Shown: piece after piece, positions 47,623-57,926 of the stretch | Position numbering within the stretch: the first letter of the stretch is position 1 | How the letters are laid out: every line of letters starts with the position of its first letter | Virus record (IMG/VR): IMGVR_UViG_3300014059_000004 | DNA from: a virus | Length of the DNA: 64,000 bases | Reading direction: 5' to 3' (one strand) | The notes under the pieces: generated by a model | Databases searched by the model: none | What the model was told of the DNA's origin: nothing | What the model saw: only the letters and a program-made list of their open reading frames with translations | Program-made: the position numbers and the translations under genes

Positions 47623-48657
47623 ATGAGCGGCATCCTCGACTCAAAAACAAGAGTACTTGATACTATCATCACGCTTGAAGGTAGAAAGCAACTATCTCAA
47701 GGTGGGATCAATATCAAGTACGTCACATTCTCAGACGGTGCTACGTACTATTCGGCTGATCTTGTTAGCGGTTCTTCTGATGCAACTGCTAGAGTGTACC
47801 TAGAGTCTTGTCATCTACCGCAAGATCAAGTAACATTTAAGTCAGATGAAGATGGTAGACTTTTGCCATTTGACATCGGGCCTGGTTATTCGATCAGATC
47901 TGGGCAAGTCGTTAGCTATTCGTTCACGGCGGTTACGTCATCGTTGTTCACTGGATCTATCCAGCAGTACGACACTTTCAAAGGCGATGGATTCCACGCT
48001 CTTGTTGATGGCGTGCTTACTAGTTCAATAGACAACTTTCAGAAGCAGCGTGCAATTGCAACGAAAGACAACATCTTTGATGATGATGGATTTGCTTTGG
48101 GCAACAAAGACATAGAGTTTACTATCACGAATCAAAAGCCTTTGAAAGATCAAAACACGTTCTCAATGAACGTTTCTCACCTTGAAGAGATATTCGCAGA
48201 TCCTAGATTTAGTCATCTTCCAAACTTCAAGTATCTACCTCCAGTCAATAAGGTTACAGACGAAAAGGTTAACAAAAAGGATCATAGGCAGCTTAGCAAA
48301 TTTGCTTTGGGAGATTACAAACCTTGGGGTAGATCGCACGTGATACCGCTGAATCATGGTAACGTTCTAGCTGAACATCTTCATTACGCGAAGCAGGGCT
48401 TCTGCAAGACTGTCAATTTTGAACCAACGTCAAGAGAAAACAGGCTGTTCATGCAGATGTTTGAAGTGACTAATGACACCATGACAAAGATGGACGTAAT
48501 AGACTTTGGAACGTGGAACATCTCTCCAGTGGGAAAGTTTGGTTTGCAGAAGTCAATGACTAGCACGAATCACGTATTCTTCGTAGGTCGTCTGATCACT
48601 AAACCAGAGACTAATTCACATGCTTTTGTGCATCTATTTACGTTGATTTTTGGGTGA
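47623..48657 (+). CDS. Hypothetical protein (344 aa)
   Basis: ORF first in the run of large unknown genes. Confidence 0.5.
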   Translation: MSGILDSKTRVLDTIITLEGRKQLSQGGINIKYVTFSDGATYYSADLVSGSSDATARVYLESCHLPQDQVTFKSDEDGRLLPFDIGPGYSIRSGQVVSYSFTAVTSSLFTGSIQQYDTFKGDGFHALVDGVLTSSIDNFQKQRAIATKDNIFDDDGFALGNKDIEFTITNQKPLKDQNTFSMNVSHLEEIFADPRFSHLPNFKYLPPVNKVTDEKVNKKDHRQLSKFALGDYKPWGRSHVIPLNHGNVLAEHLHYAKQGFCKTVNFEPTSRENRLFMQMFEVTNDTMTKMDVIDFGTWNISPVGKFGLQKSMTSTNHVFFVGRLITKPETNSHAFVHLFTLIFG

Positions 48658-51115
48658 TCTGATGTATTACAAGCTTGAGAGAAAATACAATCTTCTGAGC
48701 GTCGAAGATAATTTTGCGCTATTGAAGAATATCCGTCGCGACGGAATGTATGAATTCGAATTTCGTTACAAGGTGCCGCAAGCAGATGTTATCAAGCAGA
48801 AAGCTACCACTGTCGAAGTTAGCGTTATAACGAAGACTATCAAGAAAAAGCCAATCGTTGGAGTTTCGACAATTGGAAAGATCAATGCCAAAGAAGTCAT
48901 TCAAAACGTTCTATCTGACATGGCGTCAGCAAAGTCAGCGTTGAAGCATCAAGAAAATTACGTAATTCACTCCAAGAACAGTGACATCACTGCACATATC
49001 AACAATGAAATTGTTAGCATGATGGCAGCTGGCAAGACTGCAGAAAACATACCTCAAACGTACACGCATAAACTTAAGACAGTTTCTGCAGGATCGTTGA
49101 AAGAATCAAACGACGTAAAGCCTGTTCTAGATTTTATGAACATGCAAGTCGACAACATCCACAACCAAGTTTCTTCATCGTACGATCAAGAAACAAAAAA
49201 GCTTAGTCACTCGATGATTTTGAAGCACGGCCTAGATCCTTCCGAAGTAGCTGATCTGGATGCTAAAGTCGGTGAGTCGTTCGATTCATTCCAGGGTACA
49301 TTTAAGCCTTCAAAGAGAAAGAGCAAGAAGAACAGTGCAATGGATAAGTTGCACGATCACGTCATGTTGAACAAGGGCGTGCAAGGAATTCAGTTGACCG
49401 CTAAAGACATGAGCGAAAATCAGCTCATAAACGTTGTTGTCAATGAATCTGTCCGCGACGTCGAAGTTCCTGTTACTGTGATGTTCATTCCACCCAAAAA
49501 GGCGCTCGGCACCAAAGATTCGATCGATGTTTTTGTTAAGTTCGTTCTTAAAGATTCCAGCACGGGCTCAGCGATAGATTCTGTTGTCGTTCCTCTTGAC
49601 ATACCAAAGCACACTCGTTTTTATTGGACACCAACTTCCGCACCAGTTGTGAAAGTCACGAAGGCCGAGATATCTTCTAAGGTCAATCTTGAGATCAAGC
49701 AAACGTCTATCAATGCAAATGAAGTTCATGTGTTCAAGAAGGTCATTCACACAACTAGCATTCAGAATGATGACTACGTTCTAGTCGGCGTTCATCCTGT
49801 AACAGGTAAGCAACGCATAATCGTTTCAGTTGACATGCCTCTTAAGAATGCTTACATATACCGTGTGATACCAGCATACTCTGGTATTTTGGGCTATTCA
49901 TACAACAATATCGTAGTTCAACCAAGGAGGTATACACCAGTCACTGCAATTTCGTTGACATCACACGTTGTTGATGAAGGCTTGCAACTAGAAGCTAGAC
50001 ACATACCGCCAGAGACTGTGTCTATTCAATTTTTGCAGCGAGACCTGACTATCTTTGAGAAAGATTTCACGTCAATCAGTGAACCAATATTGGTTGAAGA
50101 CAGCATAAGAAGAGCTGATCACGTTTCTTACATCGCAGCAAACGTGCAAGCAAATCATGTGTATGAGTTTGCGTGTAGGATCTATCAATCAACTGGTGTT
50201 CAGACCATCACAGGGAATGAGATTATTGAACATAATTTGCCAGAACCAGGAAAGATCGATGTTACCGTTAGAGACATCATCGTTAGTCATGATGATGAGC
50301 CCAATGTTTCGTTCACTGTTGATGTTAACATTCTTGATAGCAATGTTGATCAGATCAAATCATTGCTTGAAAAGCAAGGAATTAAAGCATACTTCGAAGG
50401 AGATATTGCAAAGCAACGAGACCAGTTGAAGTCTTTGCTAGCATACTCAATTCATAGAATCGATCTTAATACTGGCATTAGAGAAGATCTTGGCGTTATA
50501 ACACAACCATCATTTAATGATAAGAACGTACGTCGTATCTATTCAGCCTCTTCATTGAAGTATGGACACAAGTATCGATATCAAATCACACCGCTAGCCC
50601 GGTCGGCAGAAACGTTGTTCGATGCGTTCAAAAAGACGTCGCTAGATCCAGTAACGAAGAAAGCTTACACGTTCGAACCGTCAAAATTTCTACACCCTGT
50701 CACGAAAAAGACTGGCATGGTCGTGACTGCTGCTGGGCTAGCTACGAAATTTTCGAAGAACGCATTTGAGCACGGAGCAATTGGTGCAACGCACAACGTT
50801 GAAATAACGTTGGATCAATCGCCTTCAGTTGTTGCCGACCCAGTTGCTGAAAAAGTTAACCGCTTCTATAACTCAATTTCTTGGAAGTTGCAAGGTGAGC
50901 TATCCAACGTTGATCACTTCATAATCATGAAAGAATTTCATGGTCTAAGAATTCTTCTTGGAACAGCACATTCATCATTTCAACACGGCCATTGCCAATG
51001 GTTGCACAAGTTGGGCTCTAGCGATAGAGGCGAAATTAAGTATGTGATAGTTCCTGTGCTGAATGATTACAAGCATGGTACGCAAGTAGTATCAAATTCG
51101 TTGGTGATAGAATAA
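48650..51115 (+). CDS. Large hypothetical protein (821 aa), candidate virion component
   Basis: Long ORF, no motif recognised. Confidence 0.55.
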   Translation: MGDLMYYKLERKYNLLSVEDNFALLKNIRRDGMYEFEFRYKVPQADVIKQKATTVEVSVITKTIKKKPIVGVSTIGKINAKEVIQNVLSDMASAKSALKHQENYVIHSKNSDITAHINNEIVSMMAAGKTAENIPQTYTHKLKTVSAGSLKESNDVKPVLDFMNMQVDNIHNQVSSSYDQETKKLSHSMILKHGLDPSEVADLDAKVGESFDSFQGTFKPSKRKSKKNSAMDKLHDHVMLNKGVQGIQLTAKDMSENQLINVVVNESVRDVEVPVTVMFIPPKKALGTKDSIDVFVKFVLKDSSTGSAIDSVVVPLDIPKHTRFYWTPTSAPVVKVTKAEISSKVNLEIKQTSINANEVHVFKKVIHTTSIQNDDYVLVGVHPVTGKQRIIVSVDMPLKNAYIYRVIPAYSGILGYSYNNIVVQPRRYTPVTAISLTSHVVDEGLQLEARHIPPETVSIQFLQRDLTIFEKDFTSISEPILVEDSIRRADHVSYIAANVQANHVYEFACRIYQSTGVQTITGNEIIEHNLPEPGKIDVTVRDIIVSHDDEPNVSFTVDVNILDSNVDQIKSLLEKQGIKAYFEGDIAKQRDQLKSLLAYSIHRIDLNTGIREDLGVITQPSFNDKNVRRIYSASSLKYGHKYRYQITPLARSAETLFDAFKKTSLDPVTKKAYTFEPSKFLHPVTKKTGMVVTAAGLATKFSKNAFEHGAIGATHNVEITLDQSPSVVADPVAEKVNRFYNSISWKLQGELSNVDHFIIMKEFHGLRILLGTAHSSFQHGHCQWLHKLGSSDRGEIKYVIVPVLNDYKHGTQVVSNSLVIE

Positions 51116-51116
51116 C

Positions 51117-54100
51117 ATGATCAAAACATTCAAAGCGGGCAATGAAAAAGCTGCAAACACCGGCTTGATCGAAGTTCAGCCAACTGTAGTTGATGACATT
51201 CCTGGAAAGAGTGGAAAGACCGCGAAAGGAAAGTCTAAGATTCCTCACGATACTCCGATCGGTGTGCCAACTGGAGCACAGAACGTTCAGGACAAGGGCT
51301 TGGTTGACATGGTGGGAAGCCCAAGTTTGGGAGGAATGTCAAACAAGCTCGGCAAGCCAGGTTACCTCGTTGATACTGGATCTGGTAAGGGAAAAAACGC
51401 GATCATCCCCATCTTCAACTTTCCAGATCCAGGTGTTAGTCTTCCAAGTTCATCAGACGAACTGTCAGTTTCAACTAAAAAATTCGATGCATATGAGCAT
51501 TTGACTGGAATCTCTAAAGAGAGACCAGAGATCATCATGCTTACGAACTTTCAACCGCTATTCAACGAGCAATCGTTTTCAGATCACCCGGGCGCAAAGC
51601 TAGCAGTAAATTCTGTTCAACACTTGCAAACTGACGCCGGAGCGTTCTTTGATCATCAAGCATCAGTTCGAAAGTTGAAGCAGCACAATGCCAACCAGTT
51701 GATGTCTTCGCTTAAGCAAAACTCTCACATCATCAAGCAAGAATTTTCGCTTAGAAAAGAAAATTTTAGCAATCGAATTGGCGAGCTGACTGCCACATCT
51801 CATTATCTGTGGGGCTTGATAAAGACGCTTGAGAAGCTAAAGCATCAACTTGATCTTCGAGATGATGTTCATGAAGTTGATCCACAAGAATCGCTTAGAA
51901 ATCATGTTGGAAATTTCGGACCAGTCAGATCTGATGGTTTGCTTCGCGGTCTGACCACGTCAGTTAACTCGAACTTTCCTCCAAAGTTCAACGTTGTTGA
52001 TGTCATGGGTCTCTTTGGTTACACCAAGGTTAACACAAGAACAGTTTACACGTCATCTAAGTTGTGGCTACAGATGATGTTTGAATTCAAGAATTTGCTT
52101 CGTACTCATTCTTTGAACTTGTTGGACATTGAACCTACGTACCAAAAAAGAGATGACAGCCCAGCAAAGATAACTCAAACGCCGGGTGTGAAGCGTTTTG
52201 ATTTTGCTGCGTTTCTGCCGAATATTCCTGCGATGTCTGACATCAAAGACATTCAACCAAATGACATTCCAGGCATGCTAAGCCTGATAACAGATGCTTA
52301 CAACGTGATCTACGAGAACGTTCAATTTAAGAACGACGAAACTCGCATCGCAGCTCTTTTGAACGCTGTTTCTAGAGAGTTTAGGTACTCACGTGGAATA
52401 AGCAATCCAGACGTTCAGAATACGCTAGAGTCGTACTATGGTTACAACATCACGAACAACAATAACTTGAAGTTGATGGACGTTGTCATAGGACAATTTG
52501 GAAACAACATCACAGACATACCAGCAGTTAAGTCAAGCGCTTTGACAAGCATCGCTCAGTTTCAACCAGCAGAAAATGTAGCTGTCATGACGCTCGAATC
52601 AAAGTATATCGAGGGTGATAATGGCATCATAACGCCGGGATCGAGTTACTTCATTGATTACGTGCTTGAAGTTGACGGAGACAAGTTTGCAACAAACAGG
52701 ATGATTCAGCTGCAAGAATACTTTGACAAAGCATACAAGCAATTCAACGTGTTTGTCAATGGCATGAATCTGCTAGCTGCAGAGTACACTGATGATCAAG
52801 ATGCTAACGCTGGAACGTTCGAAATTTCTTTGAATAATCCAAGGTCTTTGTTCAACGAACTTCGAAAGAATATCGTCACCGATAGCGGATTTGAACATGT
52901 TGATGTCAAGAAAGACATACTAGTTCCAGTTTTTGCCGCAGCAAAAAACAACCAGAAGATCAAGTCTTTGATGGTCATGTATTTCATTGCAAAGATGTCA
53001 AAGAGCTATGGTTCGAACGTTGTAAAGTTTTTCAAGTCATCGAAGCAGCAAGATAATACTGCTGCAACTGATGCCATCATTGATCAGATCATTGCAGAAT
53101 TGTTGAAGGAGGCAACTGCAATATCAAACGTCGATTCACTCAACAAATTTAAGAATGGTCAGACTGGTGAGAAGCATGGTAAAGTGCTTGTTAACGTTGC
53201 TGCAATTAAGAATGCATTCAAGACCAACACTAGGTTGTTGACTGTGATCGAGGGACATTTTAACCAAATTGCAGCTGCGTTCAGATCAGGCAATCTTGCG
53301 TTGAATGGAAACGTAACTCGCTATGGCGGCCACCCTGACACTGTCATCATGATGGCTTTGATGGATGTCATTGCAACGATGATGGACTTGTACGGTAACA
53401 GAAAGATAAGCGGAAAAGTTATCGATAAGACAGGAACATCTTTTTCGATTAATGAAAAGACGCAGAATCATGCCGCTTCTATCAATGAAGTTGATCATCG
53501 GTTGAGCAAAGAGATAGTGCTTACTCAGCACGTAATATTCACTGTTCTTAACACGTTGAAGAGGCTTAGCAATTCAATCGGTAACGTTGTGAACTATTTG
53601 AACAGTCCACAATCGTTGAAAGAGTTGAAGAAGATAGTTGAGCTAATAGACGATCCAAAGTTGCTTCATATGTTGTTTAGCGAGCAGCAGATCAGATTGT
53701 TTGCATCATCTGTCGCTGATTTGTCGCATGCATTGCGCGAAGCTTCAACTGCATCATCTGTTCTCGATGACGTTAATGGAGACGGCAAGTTTGATGCTGA
53801 TGATGAGATACGTGCTCTAGATGATTCTTCCGTGAGCACACGAGTCAAAGAAGCTATCGATGCTCTGTTTTCATTGAGCGAATATTCAAGTGCCATGGCC
53901 AACAACAAGAAGATTCTTACCGTTGGCATACCTCTTGGATTTGGACAACATTTGCAAAGAAAGGTTGATGTCAGAAGGCTAAAGAAAAGCTCGTTTGATG
54001 ACAAGCAAAATGACATCATCAAGATCAACGTCTACAAAGTAGATCTGCAGAATCCTGACATCGTTTACCTACCAAGAAGTTACTTCTTTGAACTGTCTAG

Positions 54101-55172
54101 ATTCCCAGTGAGAAGTGAATCATTGGTGAAGAACATCGTTGCGAAAGACAAGATGAACATCATCAATAGATTTCCAACGAGAGATTATAGCGGAATATTC
54201 GCTGAAGGTGGAAGCTTGGTGCAATACTACAACGCAGCGCCAGACGAATCAGAAGCTCTATCTTCTGATGAGTACTCATTCCTTCCTCAAAATTCAAAGA
54301 TGCAGCTCTACATGAACCACGTGATGAGTTACCTCCTCGAGGTATACATTCGAGTCATGACTGGCATCTCTACGTCTGATTATCACTTTGATCTGATTGA
54401 CCCGCCACCAAACACTGAAGAAGATTTTGTGAACCTCGTTCTCAACTATCATCTTGGTGAAGTGACATCAAAGCGTGGTCCAAGAGAGACACATGATGAG
54501 AACGTTCATCAAGGTGGATCATTGTTCACTTCAACGCACAAAGGGTCAAACAGTCGTGGCGGCCGCGGAATGAACCACTCAGATGGCACTGAAGCCACCC
54601 AGGGTGCCCACGGTAATTCTTCAGGAACTCCAGGCATGTCTATTATGTCTGCAATGTCCAATTTTACTGGTGACACTGTCGATGATATCTCGCCATTGGC
54701 ACGTCAGAAGCCACGCACCACAGATGATCTTCTGAGTTCTGTTTCAACCAAAGATGTTCCATTGCTTCAGCATACGTTTGGTGTTATCAATGAATTTGCT
54801 AGAACACCCACGCCGCTCTCTGATCCACTTAGCGTCTCGAAGAGGTTGATCAATCCAAAGCAGTTCGATCGCATCTTTAATCTGCTAGTTGATCCAAATG
54901 ATTTTGAGATTGACGTCAATGCTACGATGGCGACGCCTCATGGCAAGCAAGCATTTGAGCTTCTTGTTCGCCATGGTGAGATTTTGCCGCAGATGACGCA
55001 ATCGTCGCTTTTCATGGGATCGAACAAAACGAGCAATGCATATTCAGCTCGAAAGAAATCTCCTGCTGCTGGTGATCTTTCGTTTGAAAAGTTTTTGGTA
55101 TCGATCGAAACCATCGGAGAAGACACTGTGTTATGTCGACATCACTACCTTCAAAAGAGATCTTTGCTGTAG
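51117..55172 (+). CDS. Very large hypothetical protein (1351 aa) with a Gly/Ser-rich low-complexity segment
   Basis: Long ORF. GGSLFTSTHKGSNSRGGRGMNHSDGTEATQGAHGNSSGTPG. Confidence 0.55.
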   Translation: MIKTFKAGNEKAANTGLIEVQPTVVDDIPGKSGKTAKGKSKIPHDTPIGVPTGAQNVQDKGLVDMVGSPSLGGMSNKLGKPGYLVDTGSGKGKNAIIPIFNFPDPGVSLPSSSDELSVSTKKFDAYEHLTGISKERPEIIMLTNFQPLFNEQSFSDHPGAKLAVNSVQHLQTDAGAFFDHQASVRKLKQHNANQLMSSLKQNSHIIKQEFSLRKENFSNRIGELTATSHYLWGLIKTLEKLKHQLDLRDDVHEVDPQESLRNHVGNFGPVRSDGLLRGLTTSVNSNFPPKFNVVDVMGLFGYTKVNTRTVYTSSKLWLQMMFEFKNLLRTHSLNLLDIEPTYQKRDDSPAKITQTPGVKRFDFAAFLPNIPAMSDIKDIQPNDIPGMLSLITDAYNVIYENVQFKNDETRIAALLNAVSREFRYSRGISNPDVQNTLESYYGYNITNNNNLKLMDVVIGQFGNNITDIPAVKSSALTSIAQFQPAENVAVMTLESKYIEGDNGIITPGSSYFIDYVLEVDGDKFATNRMIQLQEYFDKAYKQFNVFVNGMNLLAAEYTDDQDANAGTFEISLNNPRSLFNELRKNIVTDSGFEHVDVKKDILVPVFAAAKNNQKIKSLMVMYFIAKMSKSYGSNVVKFFKSSKQQDNTAATDAIIDQIIAELLKEATAISNVDSLNKFKNGQTGEKHGKVLVNVAAIKNAFKTNTRLLTVIEGHFNQIAAAFRSGNLALNGNVTRYGGHPDTVIMMALMDVIATMMDLYGNRKISGKVIDKTGTSFSINEKTQNHAASINEVDHRLSKEIVLTQHVIFTVLNTLKRLSNSIGNVVNYLNSPQSLKELKKIVELIDDPKLLHMLFSEQQIRLFASSVADLSHALREASTASSVLDDVNGDGKFDADDEIRALDDSSVSTRVKEAIDALFSLSEYSSAMANNKKILTVGIPLGFGQHLQRKVDVRRLKKSSFDDKQNDIIKINVYKVDLQNPDIVYLPRSYFFELSRFPVRSESLVKNIVAKDKMNIINRFPTRDYSGIFAEGGSLVQYYNAAPDESEALSSDEYSFLPQNSKMQLYMNHVMSYLLEVYIRVMTGISTSDYHFDLIDPPPNTEEDFVNLVLNYHLGEVTSKRGPRETHDENVHQGGSLFTSTHKGSNSRGGRGMNHSDGTEATQGAHGNSSGTPGMSIMSAMSNFTGDTVDDISPLARQKPRTTDDLLSSVSTKDVPLLQHTFGVINEFARTPTPLSDPLSVSKRLINPKQFDRIFNLLVDPNDFEIDVNATMATPHGKQAFELLVRHGEILPQMTQSSLFMGSNKTSNAYSARKKSPAAGDLSFEKFLVSIETIGEDTVLCRHHYLQKRSLL

Positions 55173-57034
55173 ATGTACCAGAAGTAAAGAACTTTCAGCT
55201 GCAATTTAAGTACAATTTTTTCGTTCCTGATGAAAAGGTTCGAGAAGTTAGTGGTATACCAGCAAATTTGCTGAGAAAATCAACTGGAGAGATTGAAGCT
55301 GATCAGATCAAGCATCTTGAGGCACGTGTTCCAAGACATGTGATCTTCAACTGGAACAAGGTTCACATCAACGAACCGGGTAATAGGACGCTTGACATAG
55401 ACACACGAGCCCGCGCTTTCAGAAGCAGCGGTTTGAAAAATTACATTTCGCAGAACTACAGCAAGATAGTCACCGAAGATCACTTCTCGTCGCATAACTT
55501 CATAGGTGTCACATTCCATGATGGTGAGATCGACCAGAAGGCGTACAATCTGGTGTCTGGAAGCTACTTGCAGCTTACATTGTCAGAAGAAACTGATACG
55601 AACGTTAGTCCTACTATGGCGGCTTCGAAGCTAAATTCGATCACGCCTCAAACGATCAAGCCTCACTTTTTCTACAGATCAATGACAGAACCCAAGTTGG
55701 CGTACGGAGGTCAACAATTCGTTGTCAACAAATCTGGAAATAGATCGCAAGCAGATGGTCCTCGTGTTGCTCACAACAACTACATGAATCGTTTGAAGTC
55801 TGCATATCTTAATGCTCAGATCAACTCCAGATTCTTGCAAGGCATCACTGGTAGAAACATAAAAGATCCTTCATCGCCATTTAGCGTTGATCTTCATTCG
55901 TTGAACAAGCTTGGCAAAAAGTTGTCGACATCAATGAAGCACAAGATTGGACACACAATCAGCGAGACTGAGTTTAAGACGATTGTGCCGTTTATAAATC
56001 TCAAAGTTGACAAGACAGCGCATCATCAGCAGCGAAAACCAGCAGAGATAGTTGGTTACGTGATTGACAAGTGGGAAGTTTCTGCGAACGGTTCGGTGAA
56101 GCAGCTTGAACCCATCATCATTGACAATGTTGATGCTCAGGTTGCAATAGATTCAAGGGTGAAGTACGATCAGCAGTATTGCTACAGCATCCGATCAGTG
56201 GCACTGTTTCACATACCTGCTATTGATCATGATACGTCAGAAGTTGCAACGATCCAAGTTCTCATAAGCTCTAGATCGTCTAACAAGTTGTATGTCACAG
56301 TTCATGATGACGTCGCGCCGCCTCCACCAGCAGACTTGAAATTCAACTGGAATTACGAGGATGATAAGTTGCTAGTTCACTGGGCGTTTCCACCAAACTC
56401 TCAACGAGACATCAAGAAGTTCCAGGTTTTCAGAAGATCTTCGATCGAAGAACCTTACGAACTGCTGAAAGAATACAATTTTGATGATTCTGTCGTTAAA
56501 GCTCAACAAAGAGAGATCGTCGCACCACATCTCATTGAAAATTTGTCATCACCAGCAACGTACTATGTTGATGATGATTTTACGAAGGATTCTAAATACA
56601 TGTACGCCGTGTGCTCTATCGATGCTCATGGTCTGACATCTTGCTACAGCGCCCAATTTGAACTTAGCTTTGATAGGTTCAAGAACGCTCTTCAGAAGAA
56701 GCTAGTGAGTCATAGTGGAGCACCAAAGTCTTATCCAAACATGTACCTCGAAGGTGAAGGGTTTGTTGACGTTGCAAGAGTTGAGGGTGCATACACTAAG
56801 AAGCTAAGCGTTTACTTTGTACCGCAATATTATCAGTTGACTGACGAACATGGTCGAGTTCATAAGATGCTATCGACAAAGCAAGCTGGTGGTTCGTACA
56901 AGATCAATTTCTTGAACGTGGACAACCAAAAGAGCGAGACGATGACGATACTCATCGATGACAAGATAGTCAAGGCTGAATCCAAACTCACATTTGCCTC
57001 TTCTAAGTTTAACGTTCAAAGCAAGTTCAAGTGA
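55133..57034 (+). CDS. Large hypothetical protein (633 aa)
   Basis: ORF overlapping the previous gene by 40 nt. Confidence 0.55.
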   Translation: MSTSLPSKEIFAVDVPEVKNFQLQFKYNFFVPDEKVREVSGIPANLLRKSTGEIEADQIKHLEARVPRHVIFNWNKVHINEPGNRTLDIDTRARAFRSSGLKNYISQNYSKIVTEDHFSSHNFIGVTFHDGEIDQKAYNLVSGSYLQLTLSEETDTNVSPTMAASKLNSITPQTIKPHFFYRSMTEPKLAYGGQQFVVNKSGNRSQADGPRVAHNNYMNRLKSAYLNAQINSRFLQGITGRNIKDPSSPFSVDLHSLNKLGKKLSTSMKHKIGHTISETEFKTIVPFINLKVDKTAHHQQRKPAEIVGYVIDKWEVSANGSVKQLEPIIIDNVDAQVAIDSRVKYDQQYCYSIRSVALFHIPAIDHDTSEVATIQVLISSRSSNKLYVTVHDDVAPPPPADLKFNWNYEDDKLLVHWAFPPNSQRDIKKFQVFRRSSIEEPYELLKEYNFDDSVVKAQQREIVAPHLIENLSSPATYYVDDDFTKDSKYMYAVCSIDAHGLTSCYSAQFELSFDRFKNALQKKLVSHSGAPKSYPNMYLEGEGFVDVARVEGAYTKKLSVYFVPQYYQLTDEHGRVHKMLSTKQAGGSYKINFLNVDNQKSETMTILIDDKIVKAESKLTFASSKFNVQSKFK

Positions 57035-57037
57035 TCA

Positions 57038-57895
57038 TTGTGTTTACTGATGCATGTACAAGAGGTAGGATTAAATGTGAACGTGTATCTTGTTAAGAAT
57101 AAGTTTAATGGCAAAGGATATGTTGGCATTACTACTGTTAACATTGACTGGAGAATTGCTGGACATCTTAAGGATGTTGAAAAAGGTTCAACTTTGCCAT
57201 TTCATCTTGCACTTAGAAAGTATGGTATTGAATCATTTGATATATCGTCATTGCAAGATTGTGAGTCGACAGACGAGCTTAAACTTGCGGAAGTTTATTG
57301 GATTGACAAGTTGTCAACGTTCATTGATAATCATGGTTACAATGCAACTCGAGGTGGAGATGGCATATTTGGACATAAACATACTCTAGAAACTAGAAAA
57401 AAGCAAAGTATGTCAGCTAGAAATAAGATCGTTTCTAGCATTGCTCGAAGCAATATGTCAATTGCACAAAAGAAGAGATTTACTTCTGAAGAAAATCTGA
57501 AAAAACATCGTGATATCTTGTCAAAGATAGATCGATCTTACGTTAACACCAACGCATACAAAGCAAAGATATCCGCAGCGAATACTGGGAAAAAACGGTC
57601 TAAGATAACTTGTGAAAACATTAGCAAAGCATTGCTTGCTAGAAAATACAAGATGTCAGAAGACAAGAAGTTGAAGATAAGCACAAAACTAATTGGAAAT
57701 CAATGTGCAAAAAGATGTCCAATATTGCAATATGATCTTGATGGTAAATTTATTGCGTATCACGCTACGACATATGCAGCAGCTTCATCGATTGGGAAAA
57801 AATCTCCATCTGCAATTATTGCTTGTTGCAAAGGTAGGATATCTTTTGCACAAGGATATATTTGGAAGTATGCTACTGTTGATGAAGTAGTCTGA
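57038..57895 (+). mobile_element. Free-standing GIY-YIG homing endonuclease with NUMOD3 repeats
   Basis: VYLVKNKFNGKGYVGITT..RIAGH..YNATRGG. HKHTLETRKKQS repeats. Confidence 0.65.
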
Positions 57896-57926
57896 CTCAG
57901 TTGGTACTTATATTGAAAGAAAACAC